A program made the translations under genes and the position numbers. Below the pieces are notes generated by a model. It was not told the DNA's origin. It saw nothing but the letters and a program-made list of their open reading frames with translations, and made no database searches. From the NCBI GenBank assembly GCA_965248435.1, contig OZ252100.1, positions 2,048,001 to 2,112,000 of the forward strand: a stretch of 64,000 nt of DNA. Direction: 5' to 3'. Each line of letters starts with the position of its first letter. The first letter of the stretch is position 1. The DNA is from Candidatus Latescibacterota bacterium. Its GTDB lineage: Bacteria > Latescibacterota > UBA2968 > GCA-2709665. Below are positions 19,679 to 29,152 of the stretch, piece by piece.

Positions 19679-20560
19679 TTAGTCGAACCTCTTCTGATAA
19701 CCACTGGCTTGGAGAAATTGTTCGAAGTCGTCAATGATAAGCATATTTCGGACTGCCTGACTCTTGTCAGAAGTAAGGTGATAGTACGATTCACAGATCT
19801 TGTAACCAATGAAGTACCCAAGATCGGCTGGGCGGCCCTTTGCCTTATCCGCATTGTATAGCCAATCGCTATGATCATTTCCGTTCATCTTCTCACGAAA
19901 GTCAATCCATAACTCACGCTCATGTAAGTTGCCATACTCATGGATATGTTCGTTGATATGTATGCCTGCAACAAGCTCTCCCAAGAAATCCGCTGAGCCT
20001 TCATCGATTGACTTCCTAAGAAGTGTCATCTCACCGTTTGGAAATCTCTGCTGACAATGAATCAGTTCGTGCATGACGATAAACGGAATGTCTTCCACTG
20101 GCTTTAAGACCTGTTTGTGCCAGTCACCCAGTTCTTCAAGAGGCGTCTCCCGCGTCCTGCCGTACATCTCCGCCCCGATTAAGAGGCCATTGTCCGAGGT
20201 TGTGCCTCCAGTGCGCATCCTTCCAATCACGAAAAAGACATCTGGAAACACCGAATCAGGATAGAGATGGTTCAACCTTAGGAAGTAGCTCCTAATTTCG
20301 TCCGTCATTTCGGCGATCCGAAGCGTACTCTCTCTCACTGATCGATAATAGCCAGGATGATGATCAATCGCTTTGACCAGGGCTTCGGGATTCTCAATGC
20401 GCATTCTGATGAAGTCTTCGAGTCCCTTCGTCCCCTTGTCGAGATACTCCGTCGCGAAGATCCGGATGCGCTCTTCACCTGTCACATCCCGTGCTAAGTC
20501 AAAAGCCCTCCAGAAATTATCGATGTCTGAAGTGATAAGTCGTGCTTCATCAGATTCCAT
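19679..20560 (-). CDS. Putative Zn-dependent protease (DUF2268-like)
   Basis: HELIH, EGSADF, DLGYFIGY. Confidence 0.75.
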   Translation of the reverse strand: MESDEARLITSDIDNFWRAFDLARDVTGEERIRIFATEYLDKGTKGLEDFIRMRIENPEALVKAIDHHPGYYRSVRESTLRIAEMTDEIRSYFLRLNHLYPDSVFPDVFFVIGRMRTGGTTSDNGLLIGAEMYGRTRETPLEELGDWHKQVLKPVEDIPFIVMHELIHCQQRFPNGEMTLLRKSIDEGSADFLGELVAGIHINEHIHEYGNLHERELWIDFREKMNGNDHSDWLYNADKAKGRPADLGYFIGYKICESYYHLTSDKSQAVRNMLIIDDFEQFLQASGYQKRFD

Positions 20561-20631
20561 TGTATGATCCTAGCCTGTCTGCCTTTGTCCCACTCTCAGT
20601 TTCGCTTTGGCTCCAAAACTGGCATGGCCCA

Positions 20632-20769
20632 TAACGTTCTCGCGGGCTGCGAACCTGCCAAGCTGGCGCGGCGCTTGCCACCCACGATTGTCTTAAGCAA
20701 GCGCCGTGACAGCGATAGGCAGGTTAGGCCGGAGGCGCAAATGCGCCGGAGCCGCAGCCCGGCGTGTTA
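20632..20769. repeat. attC-like site, long variant
   Basis: Family ends plus the inserted hairpin. Confidence 0.92.
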
Positions 20770-20808
20770 GCCGCAGTCGATTGAATTCACTACTACAACC
20801 GTAGGCCG

Positions 20809-21213
20809 TTACAGGGGAGCAGCATGATCAGCCTCTGTAAGACTGACGATCTCGAATCTCGTACCCTCGGGGCCTCGAAAGAATACTGCATAGTAGTCAC
20901 CACCATATTCAGGACACTCCTCCGGTCCATCGGTAATCACGATGCTTCGATCTTCCGCCCAGACCGCAAATCTATCGACCTCCTCCCGGCTGCGCGCTGT
21001 GAACGCAAGGTGCTGGAGGGCCCCCGGAGGTGAGCCAGACTCCACATCTTTCAAATAGATGCGTGATCCTCTGCCCTTCCAGCCCGCGAGGGCTTCATGA
21101 GTTTTCTCCTTAGTCATACCGAGAAAGCCAACCAACAACTCGTCGAAAAACGCCTCAGCCTCTGCTGGCTCCTGAAGTCCGAGTCCGATATGGTGAATCA
21201 CAGAATTTATCAT
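20809..21213 (-). CDS. VOC family protein
   Basis: IHHIGL, HLAF, YYAVFFRGPEG. Confidence 0.88.
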   Translation of the reverse strand: MINSVIHHIGLGLQEPAEAEAFFDELLVGFLGMTKEKTHEALAGWKGRGSRIYLKDVESGSPPGALQHLAFTARSREEVDRFAVWAEDRSIVITDGPEECPEYGGDYYAVFFRGPEGTRFEIVSLTEADHAAPL

Positions 21214-21246
21214 GGCGTCCCTTCATTGACGTGCATCGATTGCGGC

Positions 21247-21325
21247 TAACGTTCTCGCGGGCTGCGAACCTGCGCAGCAGGTTGGACGAAGTGGCGAATG
21301 CCACAAGCCGCAGCCCGGCGTGTTA
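21247..21325. repeat. attC-like site
   Basis: TAAC GTTCT CG CGGGCTGCG...CGCAGCCCG G CG T GTTA. Confidence 0.92.
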
Positions 21326-21365
21326 GCGGCAGTCGCCTAAGGGGTCTACTCTCCAAACCGTTGCT

Positions 21366-22451
21366 CTATCTCAGGCTAACGAGCCAATCTCCGATGGCTC
21401 GGAGTGCGTCCTGCGAAATCTTCGCGTCCAGAGAAGCGTACTCCTCAGGAGATCCTGTTTCAGCCCTTTGCAAATGGTGATTCAACCCATCCATCAACTT
21501 AACGTCGTAGTCAGCCTTCCCCCTCCTGTTCAGCACTCCCTCCATTGCGTCCATGTTCCCGCTCGGGGGCACTTGCCAGTCCTTCTCACAAAAGATAGCC
21601 AGGATTGGGCAGTGAACCTCAGTCAGTGGTTTGGTTGGGTCATACCCAAGTAGCCATTCCAACCAAGGGGTAATCAGTTCGGGGAGGCTCTCCTTGAGAA
21701 TCTGAAGTGAATTGAGCCCAAGCTTTTCATACTCCGTGCTAAGTTCTGTTGACCGACCTGAGACAAGAGCAGCAGCAGTCCTCTCGATTTCGGTGTTGGG
21801 TTTGCGTCGTCTGACTAGAGCAAAGACCCGCGTCCAAAACAAACGCTCGGACTCGACCAAATCATCGCTCGCTCCATGGGAGATGAGACGTATTTTTCGC
21901 TGGAGGTGCAGATTCTCCTCGATGCCCGCGGTGGGGTGAGCCATCAGGACGATGAACGCCGTATCCGGAATCCGTGACGCGACCATCGACGCAATCAGCG
22001 CCCCTTCACTGTGGCCGATTATACCGATTTGCTTAGGTGCTATCCTCTTATGTTTCCGTAAGAAGGCGAATGCAGCAGTCACATCCCCAGAGAGGTCTGC
22101 CGTTGTTGCTCCAGATAAGCTTCCCGAGGACCGACCTACACCCCGTTTGTCGGAACGCAGGACGGCAAAGCCAATTGATGTAAGATATTGTGAAAGTTGC
22201 ACAAGACTTGGATCGTCGCGAGCCGTGGGCCCATCCCCAGGTACAAGGATGGCTGCAGGAACTGACGATTCGGAGTCCGGCATATCTAAAATGCCAGAGA
22301 TAATAACTCCCGCATTTTTGAACTCCACGGATTCCGAGCTGGATTCCGCCTTGGAGGCACCAACCAGCAGTAGTACACCCAGCGACAGGAATAGCCTGGC
22401 GAATAGATGCCTTGCCATTACTTCGACTTTCTTTGGAGATTGATCACTCAT
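21366..22451 (-). CDS. Secreted alpha/beta hydrolase
   Basis: DKRGVGRS, GHSEG, DWQV, LNH; start trimmed to lie inside the cassette. Confidence 0.85.
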   Translation of the reverse strand: MSDQSPKKVEVMARHLFARLFLSLGVLLLVGASKAESSSESVEFKNAGVIISGILDMPDSESSVPAAILVPGDGPTARDDPSLVQLSQYLTSIGFAVLRSDKRGVGRSSGSLSGATTADLSGDVTAAFAFLRKHKRIAPKQIGIIGHSEGALIASMVASRIPDTAFIVLMAHPTAGIEENLHLQRKIRLISHGASDDLVESERLFWTRVFALVRRRKPNTEIERTAAALVSGRSTELSTEYEKLGLNSLQILKESLPELITPWLEWLLGYDPTKPLTEVHCPILAIFCEKDWQVPPSGNMDAMEGVLNRRGKADYDVKLMDGLNHHLQRAETGSPEEYASLDAKISQDALRAIGDWLVSLR

Positions 22452-22465
22452 ACGGCGATTGCCGC

Positions 22466-22533
22466 TAACGATTAAGCGTGTATCCGGAGTCGGAGAAGCG
22501 TGGACGGGAGCGGGATTCCGGATACACGGTGTT
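22466..22533. repeat. Divergent att-like hairpin abutting the recombinase/IS91 element
   Basis: TAAC GATTAAG CGTGTATCCGGAGTC...GATTCCGGATACACG GT GTT. Confidence 0.75.
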
Positions 22534-22742
22534 GAACGAAGCCGCTTCACCTGCCTATGGGGATTGGATGAGTGATTCTTGTGTAAGGACCGCTGGGCTG
22601 GCCCAGTCATCGGACCGTATTTGAAGCTGTTTGGAGGGGCCGATGTCGCAGGATCCCATAGTCGCTCTACCAAGCTCAAAGAGTGGACAGACTACTGCCG
22701 TGTTGGGTGGTTGGGCTTGCGGACAAGGGATGGTGTAGGAGC

Positions 22743-23933
22743 TCAAGCTACGGCAACATGTGCCGGAGGCGCTCGCAGAGGCGCGAGGGTTCCGACTGTG
22801 AGCATAGGGCCTCCGCACTGCGCACAGACCTGAAGATCGATGCCTGTTACCCGGAACAGAAGGTCCTGCCAGGTCGCCTTTGTGGCTGCGGAAGCCGTCG
22901 TGCATACAGTGCCCAGGAGCCTACGGCATCGTGCGAGCTTTTTCCGGCGACCCCGATTGCTGAGCAGTCCGTAGTGCCGGATCTTCACGAAGCCATCCGG
23001 CAGGATGTGAAGCAGGAACCGCCGGATGAACTCGTAGGCATCGACGGTCATCAGCTTCCGTCGGTTGCCGGCCTGGCGGTCCCGGTAGTGGAATGAGACC
23101 CGGTCGCCCTCACAGGCGACCAGCCGGTGGTTGGAGATGGCGATCCGGTGCGTGTATCGTCCCAGATAGGCCACGATGCGTTCTGGACCCGCAAAAGTCG
23201 GCTTGACGTAAACGGTCCATTCCCTCTGGTAAAGACCCCGAAGCAGATCGAAGAACGCATCTTCCAGTGGAGCACTCAATCCCGGGAACGCCAGAAGGCC
23301 TTCCTGGTGCGCGTCCTTCAGGAACGCAAGGAACTTCCCCCGGAACAGTCGGGACAGAACTTTTACGGGTAGAAAGAAGCCCCGTCGCGCCGCCTTCCAT
23401 TCCTGACCGTCGTGGGTCAGCCCACCTCCAGTTACGATACAGTGCAGATGCGGGTGGTCGATGAGTGTCTGAGACCACGTATGAAGCACGGCGGTAAAGC
23501 CGATCTGCGCTCCAAGATACTTCCGTTCCCGCGCCAGCTCCAGAAGACTCTGCGATGCGGCTTTAAACACCAGGTTGTAGATCAGCTTCTGGTTCCGCAG
23601 AGCAAGCGGCCGCAGGGGCTCGGGCAACGTGAAGACGACGTGGAAGTATGGGATCGGAAGGAGATCCTCTTTACGAGCGTCGATCCATCGTTCGGTCGTC
23701 AGGAACTGGCACTTCGTACAGTGCCGGTTGCGGCAGGAGTTGTAGGCGATCCGCTTCGTTCCGCACTGCCCGCACACTTCCACGTGTCCGCCCAGCGCAG
23801 CTGTTCGGCAGATCTGGATGGCTCGCATGGCCCGCTTCTGCCGAAGCGGCATGTGATCACCGTAGTGTGCTTGATACCCATCTCCGTGGACTCGGAAGAT
23901 GTCGGCGACTTCGAGAGGCTGTGACATGGCCAA
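22743..23933 (-). CDS. IS91-family (Y2 HUH) transposase with Zn-binding domain
   Basis: CRTAALGG...CGQC...SCRNRHCTKC, HPHLH, YLGRY, FVKIRHYG. Confidence 0.93.
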   Translation of the reverse strand: MAMSQPLEVADIFRVHGDGYQAHYGDHMPLRQKRAMRAIQICRTAALGGHVEVCGQCGTKRIAYNSCRNRHCTKCQFLTTERWIDARKEDLLPIPYFHVVFTLPEPLRPLALRNQKLIYNLVFKAASQSLLELARERKYLGAQIGFTAVLHTWSQTLIDHPHLHCIVTGGGLTHDGQEWKAARRGFFLPVKVLSRLFRGKFLAFLKDAHQEGLLAFPGLSAPLEDAFFDLLRGLYQREWTVYVKPTFAGPERIVAYLGRYTHRIAISNHRLVACEGDRVSFHYRDRQAGNRRKLMTVDAYEFIRRFLLHILPDGFVKIRHYGLLSNRGRRKKLARCRRLLGTVCTTASAATKATWQDLLFRVTGIDLQVCAQCGGPMLTVGTLAPLRAPPAHVAVA

Positions 23934-23939
23934 CCTCTG

Positions 23940-24791
23940 CTACAAGGTCGGCTTGTCTTCATCTCCCAAAAGGTCCAGGGGGCTTCTGATACGCGTGAGA
24001 TCGCGAGTGGTGACGTGGAGGTAGACGGTGGTGGTTCGCAGGCTCGTGTGACCCAACAGTTGTTGGACGAAACGGACGTCCACTCCGTTGTCCAGAAGAT
24101 GTGTGGCGAAGCTGTGACGCAGAGAATGGACACTCGCACGCTTTTGTATCTCGGCGCGTCGGCAGGCCTGCTCGAAGACTTTCTGGACACTGCGGGCGTG
24201 GAGCGGTGCATCCGGTCTTTCGCCAGGGAACAGCCAATCGCGAGGCTGGTAGCTGCGCCAGTAGACGCGGAGTGCCTTTAACGCCTCCTGGGCCAGAAGC
24301 GTCTCTCGCTCTTTTTGGCCTTTGCCCCGCACACGGATCAGCATCCGGTCACTGTCGATATCGGAAAGCTTTAGCCCGATGGCCTCACTCAGTCTGAGCC
24401 CACCAGAGTAAATGACCATCAGCAGCGTACGGTGTTTCAGGTTGTTGGTCCTGTCGATCAGCCGCTGCACTTCCTCTGTGGAGAGTACCACCGGGAGCTT
24501 CTTTGCCTTCTTCGCACGAGGGATGCCCCACTCGACCCAGTCACGCTTCAACGTCGTTTGGAACAGAAACTTCAGTCCGCTGTATACCTGGTTGACATAG
24601 CTTTGGGACAGCTTCCGCTCAGTGATCAGATAGTGCAGATAGGCGCGGATCTCTTCTTCGCTGAGCCGGTCGGGCGGTGTCTTGCAGTAACGACACAGCC
24701 CGGCCACTCCGCTCACGTACGCCTTCTGCGTATCCGGATCTAAACCTTTCAACTGCATGTCCCGGATCATTCGCTTCCGATGCTTGGTCAT
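23940..24791 (-). CDS. Tyrosine recombinase, IntI-related but lacking the IntI-specific insertion
   Basis: LPVVLS, GLRLSE, GKGQKER, HSLRHSFATHLL, LLGH, TTVY, SPLD; only a short segment between WLFP and box II. Confidence 0.92.
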   Translation of the reverse strand: MTKHRKRMIRDMQLKGLDPDTQKAYVSGVAGLCRYCKTPPDRLSEEEIRAYLHYLITERKLSQSYVNQVYSGLKFLFQTTLKRDWVEWGIPRAKKAKKLPVVLSTEEVQRLIDRTNNLKHRTLLMVIYSGGLRLSEAIGLKLSDIDSDRMLIRVRGKGQKERETLLAQEALKALRVYWRSYQPRDWLFPGERPDAPLHARSVQKVFEQACRRAEIQKRASVHSLRHSFATHLLDNGVDVRFVQQLLGHTSLRTTTVYLHVTTRDLTRIRSPLDLLGDEDKPTL

Positions 24792-25099
24792 GGCTCTCTC
24801 CTTCTGCTGATGGTGGACGTTGTTAGCAGAAGGAGGATGCGAAGCACAGAGCCATTTGCAAAGTGGCTCCGGACTTGCACGGTATCATATCCTGGTTGTC
24901 AAAGAGCAAAGGCCTTGCAGCAGGCCACCGCGAAGCGGTTTAGTTCAACTTCTGCATTCGCGTACTTCGTGGATTCCACCAAGGTACGAGTATCTGCGCC
25001 CTACGCCTATCCCGGTTAAACGTACTTAACACGCCCTTGTTCGTGAATCCCTTTCTATAGAGACACGTGAATTTGACAACCGAGTGCCGCGTAATACGG

Positions 25100-25160
25100 C
25101 CGATCCCGCGAAGGATGTTGGGCCAAAGAGCGAAGCGACCGAAGCGCAAAGCCCGTGTTA
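25100..25160. repeat. Right half of a decayed attC-like site
   Basis: ...GTTGGGCC...GAAGCGCAAAGCCCGTGTTA. Confidence 0.6.
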
Positions 25161-25181
25161 CACGCTGGGCAATGATTACCT

Positions 25182-25664
25182 CTAGTCATCATGAGCAAGC
25201 ATAGGCACATTCGAGGTGAAATACTGCCGAAGTAGAGATGCATACCTTCGTCTCTGATCGGCGGGCGCAATTGAAAATTCCGATCTATACAGGTTGTCTC
25301 CCTCGAAGCGCGGAAGTACGTGCAAATGATAGTGCCACACATCTTGACCCCCTGCCGGCTCATTGTTCTGGCGGGTAGTAACACCATCACAGTCGTGAAC
25401 AGATTTCAGCGCTAGGGCAAGATGTCGAGAAAAGCGGTGTATTCGGTCGGAGAGGCGGCCCGGTAGTTCGTAAAGGTTCTCAACATGCCTCTTTGGAATT
25501 ACGAGTGCATGCCCAGGATTATTAGCCCACCAATGCAGACTAATGATCGAGAAAATCAGATTATCCTCATATACCAAATATGGGTTATCAATGTGAGAAT
25601 CATCACCCATCATTCCGCAGAAGGGACAAGGATACCCATCAGGTTCGTGGCTAAACAAAGGCAT
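25182..25664 (-). CDS. HIT family protein
   Basis: CPFC, GHALVIPKRH, QDVWHYHLHV. Confidence 0.92.
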   Translation of the reverse strand: MPLFSHEPDGYPCPFCGMMGDDSHIDNPYLVYEDNLIFSIISLHWWANNPGHALVIPKRHVENLYELPGRLSDRIHRFSRHLALALKSVHDCDGVTTRQNNEPAGGQDVWHYHLHVLPRFEGDNLYRSEFSIAPADQRRRYASLLRQYFTSNVPMLAHDD

Positions 25665-25700
25665 TCAGGAGCTCTCCTCTTGTATCTAGTGCCTTGCGCA

Positions 25701-25782
25701 TAACGGTCCCGCCGTGCGCGAACCGCCGCAGGCAAGTTAGGTCGGAGGCCCGAAAGGGCCGAAGCCGCAGCCCGGCGTGTTA
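25701..25782. repeat. attC-like site (arms mismatched)
   Basis: TAAC GGTCC CG CCGTGCGCG...CGCAGCCCGG CG T GTTA. Confidence 0.85.
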
Positions 25783-25848
25783 TGCGTCCGCACAGGTTCT
25801 GAGCTCGTCTCTATCCATCACGGCACACCATCCGACTATTCGACTCCC

Positions 25849-26891
25849 GAGTTCAATAAGGAAGTGCAACACTTAGGGTAGCAACTGTCCTATCCTAAGT
25901 GTATGGGAAACAATTACAAGCATCTTACGATAGACGAACGCGAGCAGATTGCGCTTTGTCGAGCCACTGGTGCAAGCCTTAGAGATATTGCCAAGGCCCT
26001 TGACCGGAGCGCCAGCACGATTTCAAGAGAGTTGAAACGTAATCCGTCCCCGATAGCTGAGAGTTACTCGGGCCTCCAGGCTCACAGAAGGGCTGAGAAA
26101 CGTAAGCGGGAGGCCGGCAAGCGGAAACGGCTGAAGAATCCGGTTATCCGGCGATATGTCGAGACCAAACTCAAGCAAGGATGGTCTCCCGAGTTGATCG
26201 CTGGGAGGCTTCCCGAGGAGCGTCCGAGCGCGGGTATCAGCCACGAAGCCATCTACCAGTATATCTACGATCCAAAGGTGCACAAGCAGCGGGATCTGGT
26301 TGCTTGCTTATCCCGAGCTCACAAAAAACGAAAGCCGCGGTGGCATACCCGAAAACACCGGGAAAGCCACATTCCAGGCCGTATTTCGATCGATCGACGT
26401 TACATCGAAAAACGGAAACAACCTGGCCACTGGGAATCCGACACCATCATCTCTCGTGAGAGCAAACAGGCCGTTGGCGCTTGTCTTGAGCGATCGTCGA
26501 GATACCTACACCTGGCTAAGCTGGCAAAGAACGGACCCTCGGAGGTCGCCGAAGCGATTAATCGACGCCTTGGGCGACATCCTCCCCACATGAGGAAGAG
26601 CATCACATATGACAACGGATCCGAAAACGGCCAACATCAACGGGTCAACGAGGTGCTTGGCACCAAATCCTATTTCTGCAAACCGTTCCACAGCTGGGAG
26701 CGAGGCGCTGTGGAAAACGCTATCGGTCTGGTCCGCAGATACCTCCCCAAGAAGACAGACTTCTCAAAGGTCAGCAAACACGAGTTAAAGAAAATTCAGA
26801 ACCGGATCAACAACCGACCAAGAAAATGTCTTAACTTCAAAACACCAGCTGAAGTCTTCAAGTCCAAGTGTTGCACTTAGTCATTGAATCC
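25849..26891 (+). mobile_element. IS30-family insertion sequence
   Basis: ~26-bp imperfect IRs GAGTTCAATAAGGAAGTGCAACACTT / AAGTGTTGCACTTAGTCATTGAATCC. Confidence 0.85.
25903..26880 (+). CDS. IS30 family transposase
   Basis: YKHLT...STISRELKRN, WSPELI, GHWESD, TYDNGSE, WERGAVEN, NNRPRKCL. Confidence 0.95.
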   Translation: MGNNYKHLTIDEREQIALCRATGASLRDIAKALDRSASTISRELKRNPSPIAESYSGLQAHRRAEKRKREAGKRKRLKNPVIRRYVETKLKQGWSPELIAGRLPEERPSAGISHEAIYQYIYDPKVHKQRDLVACLSRAHKKRKPRWHTRKHRESHIPGRISIDRRYIEKRKQPGHWESDTIISRESKQAVGACLERSSRYLHLAKLAKNGPSEVAEAINRRLGRHPPHMRKSITYDNGSENGQHQRVNEVLGTKSYFCKPFHSWERGAVENAIGLVRRYLPKKTDFSKVSKHELKKIQNRINNRPRKCLNFKTPAEVFKSKCCT

Positions 26892-27430
26892 AGCACTTCG
26901 ATTTTCTGTCCTTCAGGTCCTATTTCAGCAAAATGATCCCAGTAGAATTGCGCCCTGGGTTTCTCCCCTCTGCCAAGGATCTCTCGCCAGTCCGCAAGTC
27001 TCACGTCTGGTTCAAATGGCCAGACCTTGTCCTGGAGCCTTGCGATTCCCTTCTTCCCATCATAGGCGTCAGCAATCCTCTGCCGGTCCCACCACATAGT
27101 GGGCTCGGGTAGCTCGGAGACCTCGAAGTAGGCCGCATCCGCGATCTCATCTGGACAGATCGCGATCCGATGGTTCAGAGGTTCTCCTGCGAAAACCACG
27201 ACATTGTCGCCACCGTTGTGCCACCGTGGGCTAGAATAGATCCCAACCATTCTGGTTAATTCCGTCTCGATGCCCGTTTCTTCGGTAGTCTCACGGATGG
27301 CAGCTTGGGCGACGGTCTCTCCAGGGTCTACCATTCCTCCAGGTAATCCCCAGACTTCAAGATCTTGCCTCTGAACCAAGAGAACTTTGTCAGAGTCAAA
27401 GACAGCGACACTTGCAGAGAGGTTTGGCAA
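26858..27430 (-). CDS. NUDIX hydrolase with its last codons replaced by IS30 sequence
   Basis: Nudix box GGMVDPGETVAQAAIRETTEETG. Confidence 0.88.
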   Translation of the reverse strand: MPNLSASVAVFDSDKVLLVQRQDLEVWGLPGGMVDPGETVAQAAIRETTEETGIETELTRMVGIYSSPRWHNGGDNVVVFAGEPLNHRIAICPDEIADAAYFEVSELPEPTMWWDRQRIADAYDGKKGIARLQDKVWPFEPDVRLADWREILGRGEKPRAQFYWDHFAEIGPEGQKIEVLDSMTKCNTWT

Positions 27431-27514
27431 GTTTCCTCCAGAGAGAGCATAACAGATTTAGGGTTCTGTGCTTCCGATTGTACGGGTATTGCATCTTGGA
27501 ACCTATGTGGCGCA

Positions 27515-27595
27515 TAACGGTCTCGACACCCACGAACACGCTGCAGGCAGGTTGAGCGCCAGGCCGAATGGCCGGAGCCGTGCGTGCACGTGTTA
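27515..27595. repeat. attC-like site
   Basis: TAAC GGTCT CG ACACCCACG...CGTGCGTGC A CG T GTTA. Confidence 0.88.
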
Positions 27596-27622
27596 GGCGT
27601 AGCCGTGGCGGCCACTTATTGC

Positions 27623-28354
27623 TTAGGCCAAATGGTCCTCAGCCTCTGTGACAATGGTGCCTGGCTCGAAACCCCGACAAATGTCAAGCATTGCCCCTTC
27701 CGCATCGAAGTCGAATACGTGGATCGGCAAACCACACTTTTGAGCCTTGACTATCGCTGGGAGGTCCATGACTTCCAACTCCTGCGAAATCGCAGTGTGA
27801 TATGACAGAGTCTGGTATCGTCTCGCCTCCACGTCAGTCTTCGGATCCGAAGTGTACACCCCATCGACGCCGCATTTAGCTGCCAACACCGCCTCAGCAT
27901 GGAGCTCCCGGGCTCGTAGGACCGACGGAAGATCTGTGGTGACATACGGATTCGCCGTTCCTCCCGCTAAAAGCAAGATGGCACCTTGTTCAAGGTATTT
28001 GACTGCGTTGTGTTTCAAAAAGGGCTCTGCAACGCTGTCTGCGCCAATAGATGACATGACTTTGACAGTAGTAGTAGTTTTGCTCTCGATTACTCCCTTG
28101 AGAAGGAGAGAGTTCATCAGAGTCGCCATCATACCGATGTTGTCCGCGTCGGGTCGCTCGATACCCCAGCGTTCCCCGAGTTCTCCGCGAAAGATGTTAC
28201 CTCCGCCAACCATCGCGGCAACTTCTATCCCTATGTCGCTCAGTCTAAGTAACTCATCGGCGATATGCTCGAGACAGGAAGGGTCGAAGCCCGCCTCTTT
28301 CGATCCAGCGATTGCTCCGCCACTTAGCTTTAGCATGACTCGTTTATATCGCAT
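27623..28354 (-). CDS. pyrH: UMP kinase-like protein
   Basis: YKRVMLKLSG, VGGGNIFRG, DNIGMMAT, PYVTTD, VDGVYTSDP. Confidence 0.8.
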   Translation of the reverse strand: MRYKRVMLKLSGGAIAGSKEAGFDPSCLEHIADELLRLSDIGIEVAAMVGGGNIFRGELGERWGIERPDADNIGMMATLMNSLLLKGVIESKTTTTVKVMSSIGADSVAEPFLKHNAVKYLEQGAILLLAGGTANPYVTTDLPSVLRARELHAEAVLAAKCGVDGVYTSDPKTDVEARRYQTLSYHTAISQELEVMDLPAIVKAQKCGLPIHVFDFDAEGAMLDICRGFEPGTIVTEAEDHLA

Positions 28355-28415
28355 CTTGGTAGCCTCGTGATTCTGAGTTGCTTTAGATGTCGCCCCTCAA
28401 ATTTGCGTTAGCCTA

Positions 28416-28958
28416 TTAACCAGATTCCCAATCGGCACGAGATAGCAGAAAAACAGACCTCTCAGGCCATTGGTAACCACCCCTGCCTAGTCCTGGCGGT
28501 ATCCGCTCCACTTTCCTGAACGCCAACCTGCTCAAAACCTGTATAGAGCGCTGGTTTGCGGTAACGGTTCTGGCTTCGAGTTCGTCAAGATTTAGAGCCT
28601 CAAACCCGAATTGAACCATGGCCGCTACAGCTTCGGTTGCAAGGCCCTGCCTCCAGTGTTGGGGGGATAATTCATATCCGATGTCTCCTCGTGCAACCTC
28701 AATGGATTCGCACCTTATCCCGCAATTTCCCAAGAGTACACCGTCGTCCTTCAGGGTAATTGCCAACTGATACTTGCAACGTGGTTTCTCCGAAGCCCAC
28801 CGCATGCACTTTGCGACAAACTCCTCGCATTCCGACCTCGAATACGCAGAACGAGGATAATGTTCCAAGTACTTCGGATCTGTTCTATACGAGGCAACGA
28901 CATTAACATCTGCCGTAGTCATCTCTCTTAAAAGCAGTCGTTCAGTTAGTAATTCCAT
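28416..28958 (-). CDS. GNAT acetyltransferase (RimJ type)
   Basis: TERLLLR, IGYEL, WRQGLATEA, NQRSIQVL. Confidence 0.9.
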   Translation of the reverse strand: MELLTERLLLREMTTADVNVVASYRTDPKYLEHYPRSAYSRSECEEFVAKCMRWASEKPRCKYQLAITLKDDGVLLGNCGIRCESIEVARGDIGYELSPQHWRQGLATEAVAAMVQFGFEALNLDELEARTVTANQRSIQVLSRLAFRKVERIPPGLGRGGYQWPERSVFLLSRADWESG

Positions 28959-29023
28959 GCTCCCTGCAGTCCATTATGAACTGCAATATTCATGACTCGG
29001 ATTCGGAAATACCCTGTCGCGTA

Positions 29024-29118
29024 TAACGTTCTCGGCCGGTTTTCTTAAGCAAGCGTCGTGACAGCGATAGGCAGGTTGGGCGAGGGACGGATGCCCCAAG
29101 CCGCAGCCCGTCGTGTTA
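29024..29118. repeat. attC-like site, long variant with internal deletion
   Basis: TAACGTTCTCG joined to ...GCAAGCGTCGTGACAGCG...CGCAGCCCGTCGTGTTA. Confidence 0.85.
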
Positions 29119-29152
29119 GGCGTTGCCCTCCCCGGCCACATTGCCAAGAGGA

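Larger units (their letters stand above)
22531..24949 (-). mobile_element. Tyrosine recombinase + IS91-family transposase element
   Basis: Two-gene unit bounded by an 18-bp IR, GTTGAACGAAGCCGCTTC / GAAGCGGTTTAGTTCAAC (16/18). Confidence 0.85.

Noticed and set aside
15529-22679. Long ORF-track starts (16767, 22679, 18415; likewise 10193, 34548, 40741)
   Set aside because: These extensions read through repeats or IS ends. Internal starts fit the cassette boundaries and protein families.
23940-24791. Calling the recombinase a classical integron integrase (intI)
   Set aside because: It lacks the IntI-specific insertion, is coupled to an IS91-type transposase and lies mid-array; no attI was recognised.
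24950-25030. Hairpin right of the IS91 element as an att site or rolling-circle origin
   Set aside because: Only an imperfect stem with no properly placed GTT, so it cannot be assigned from sequence alone.
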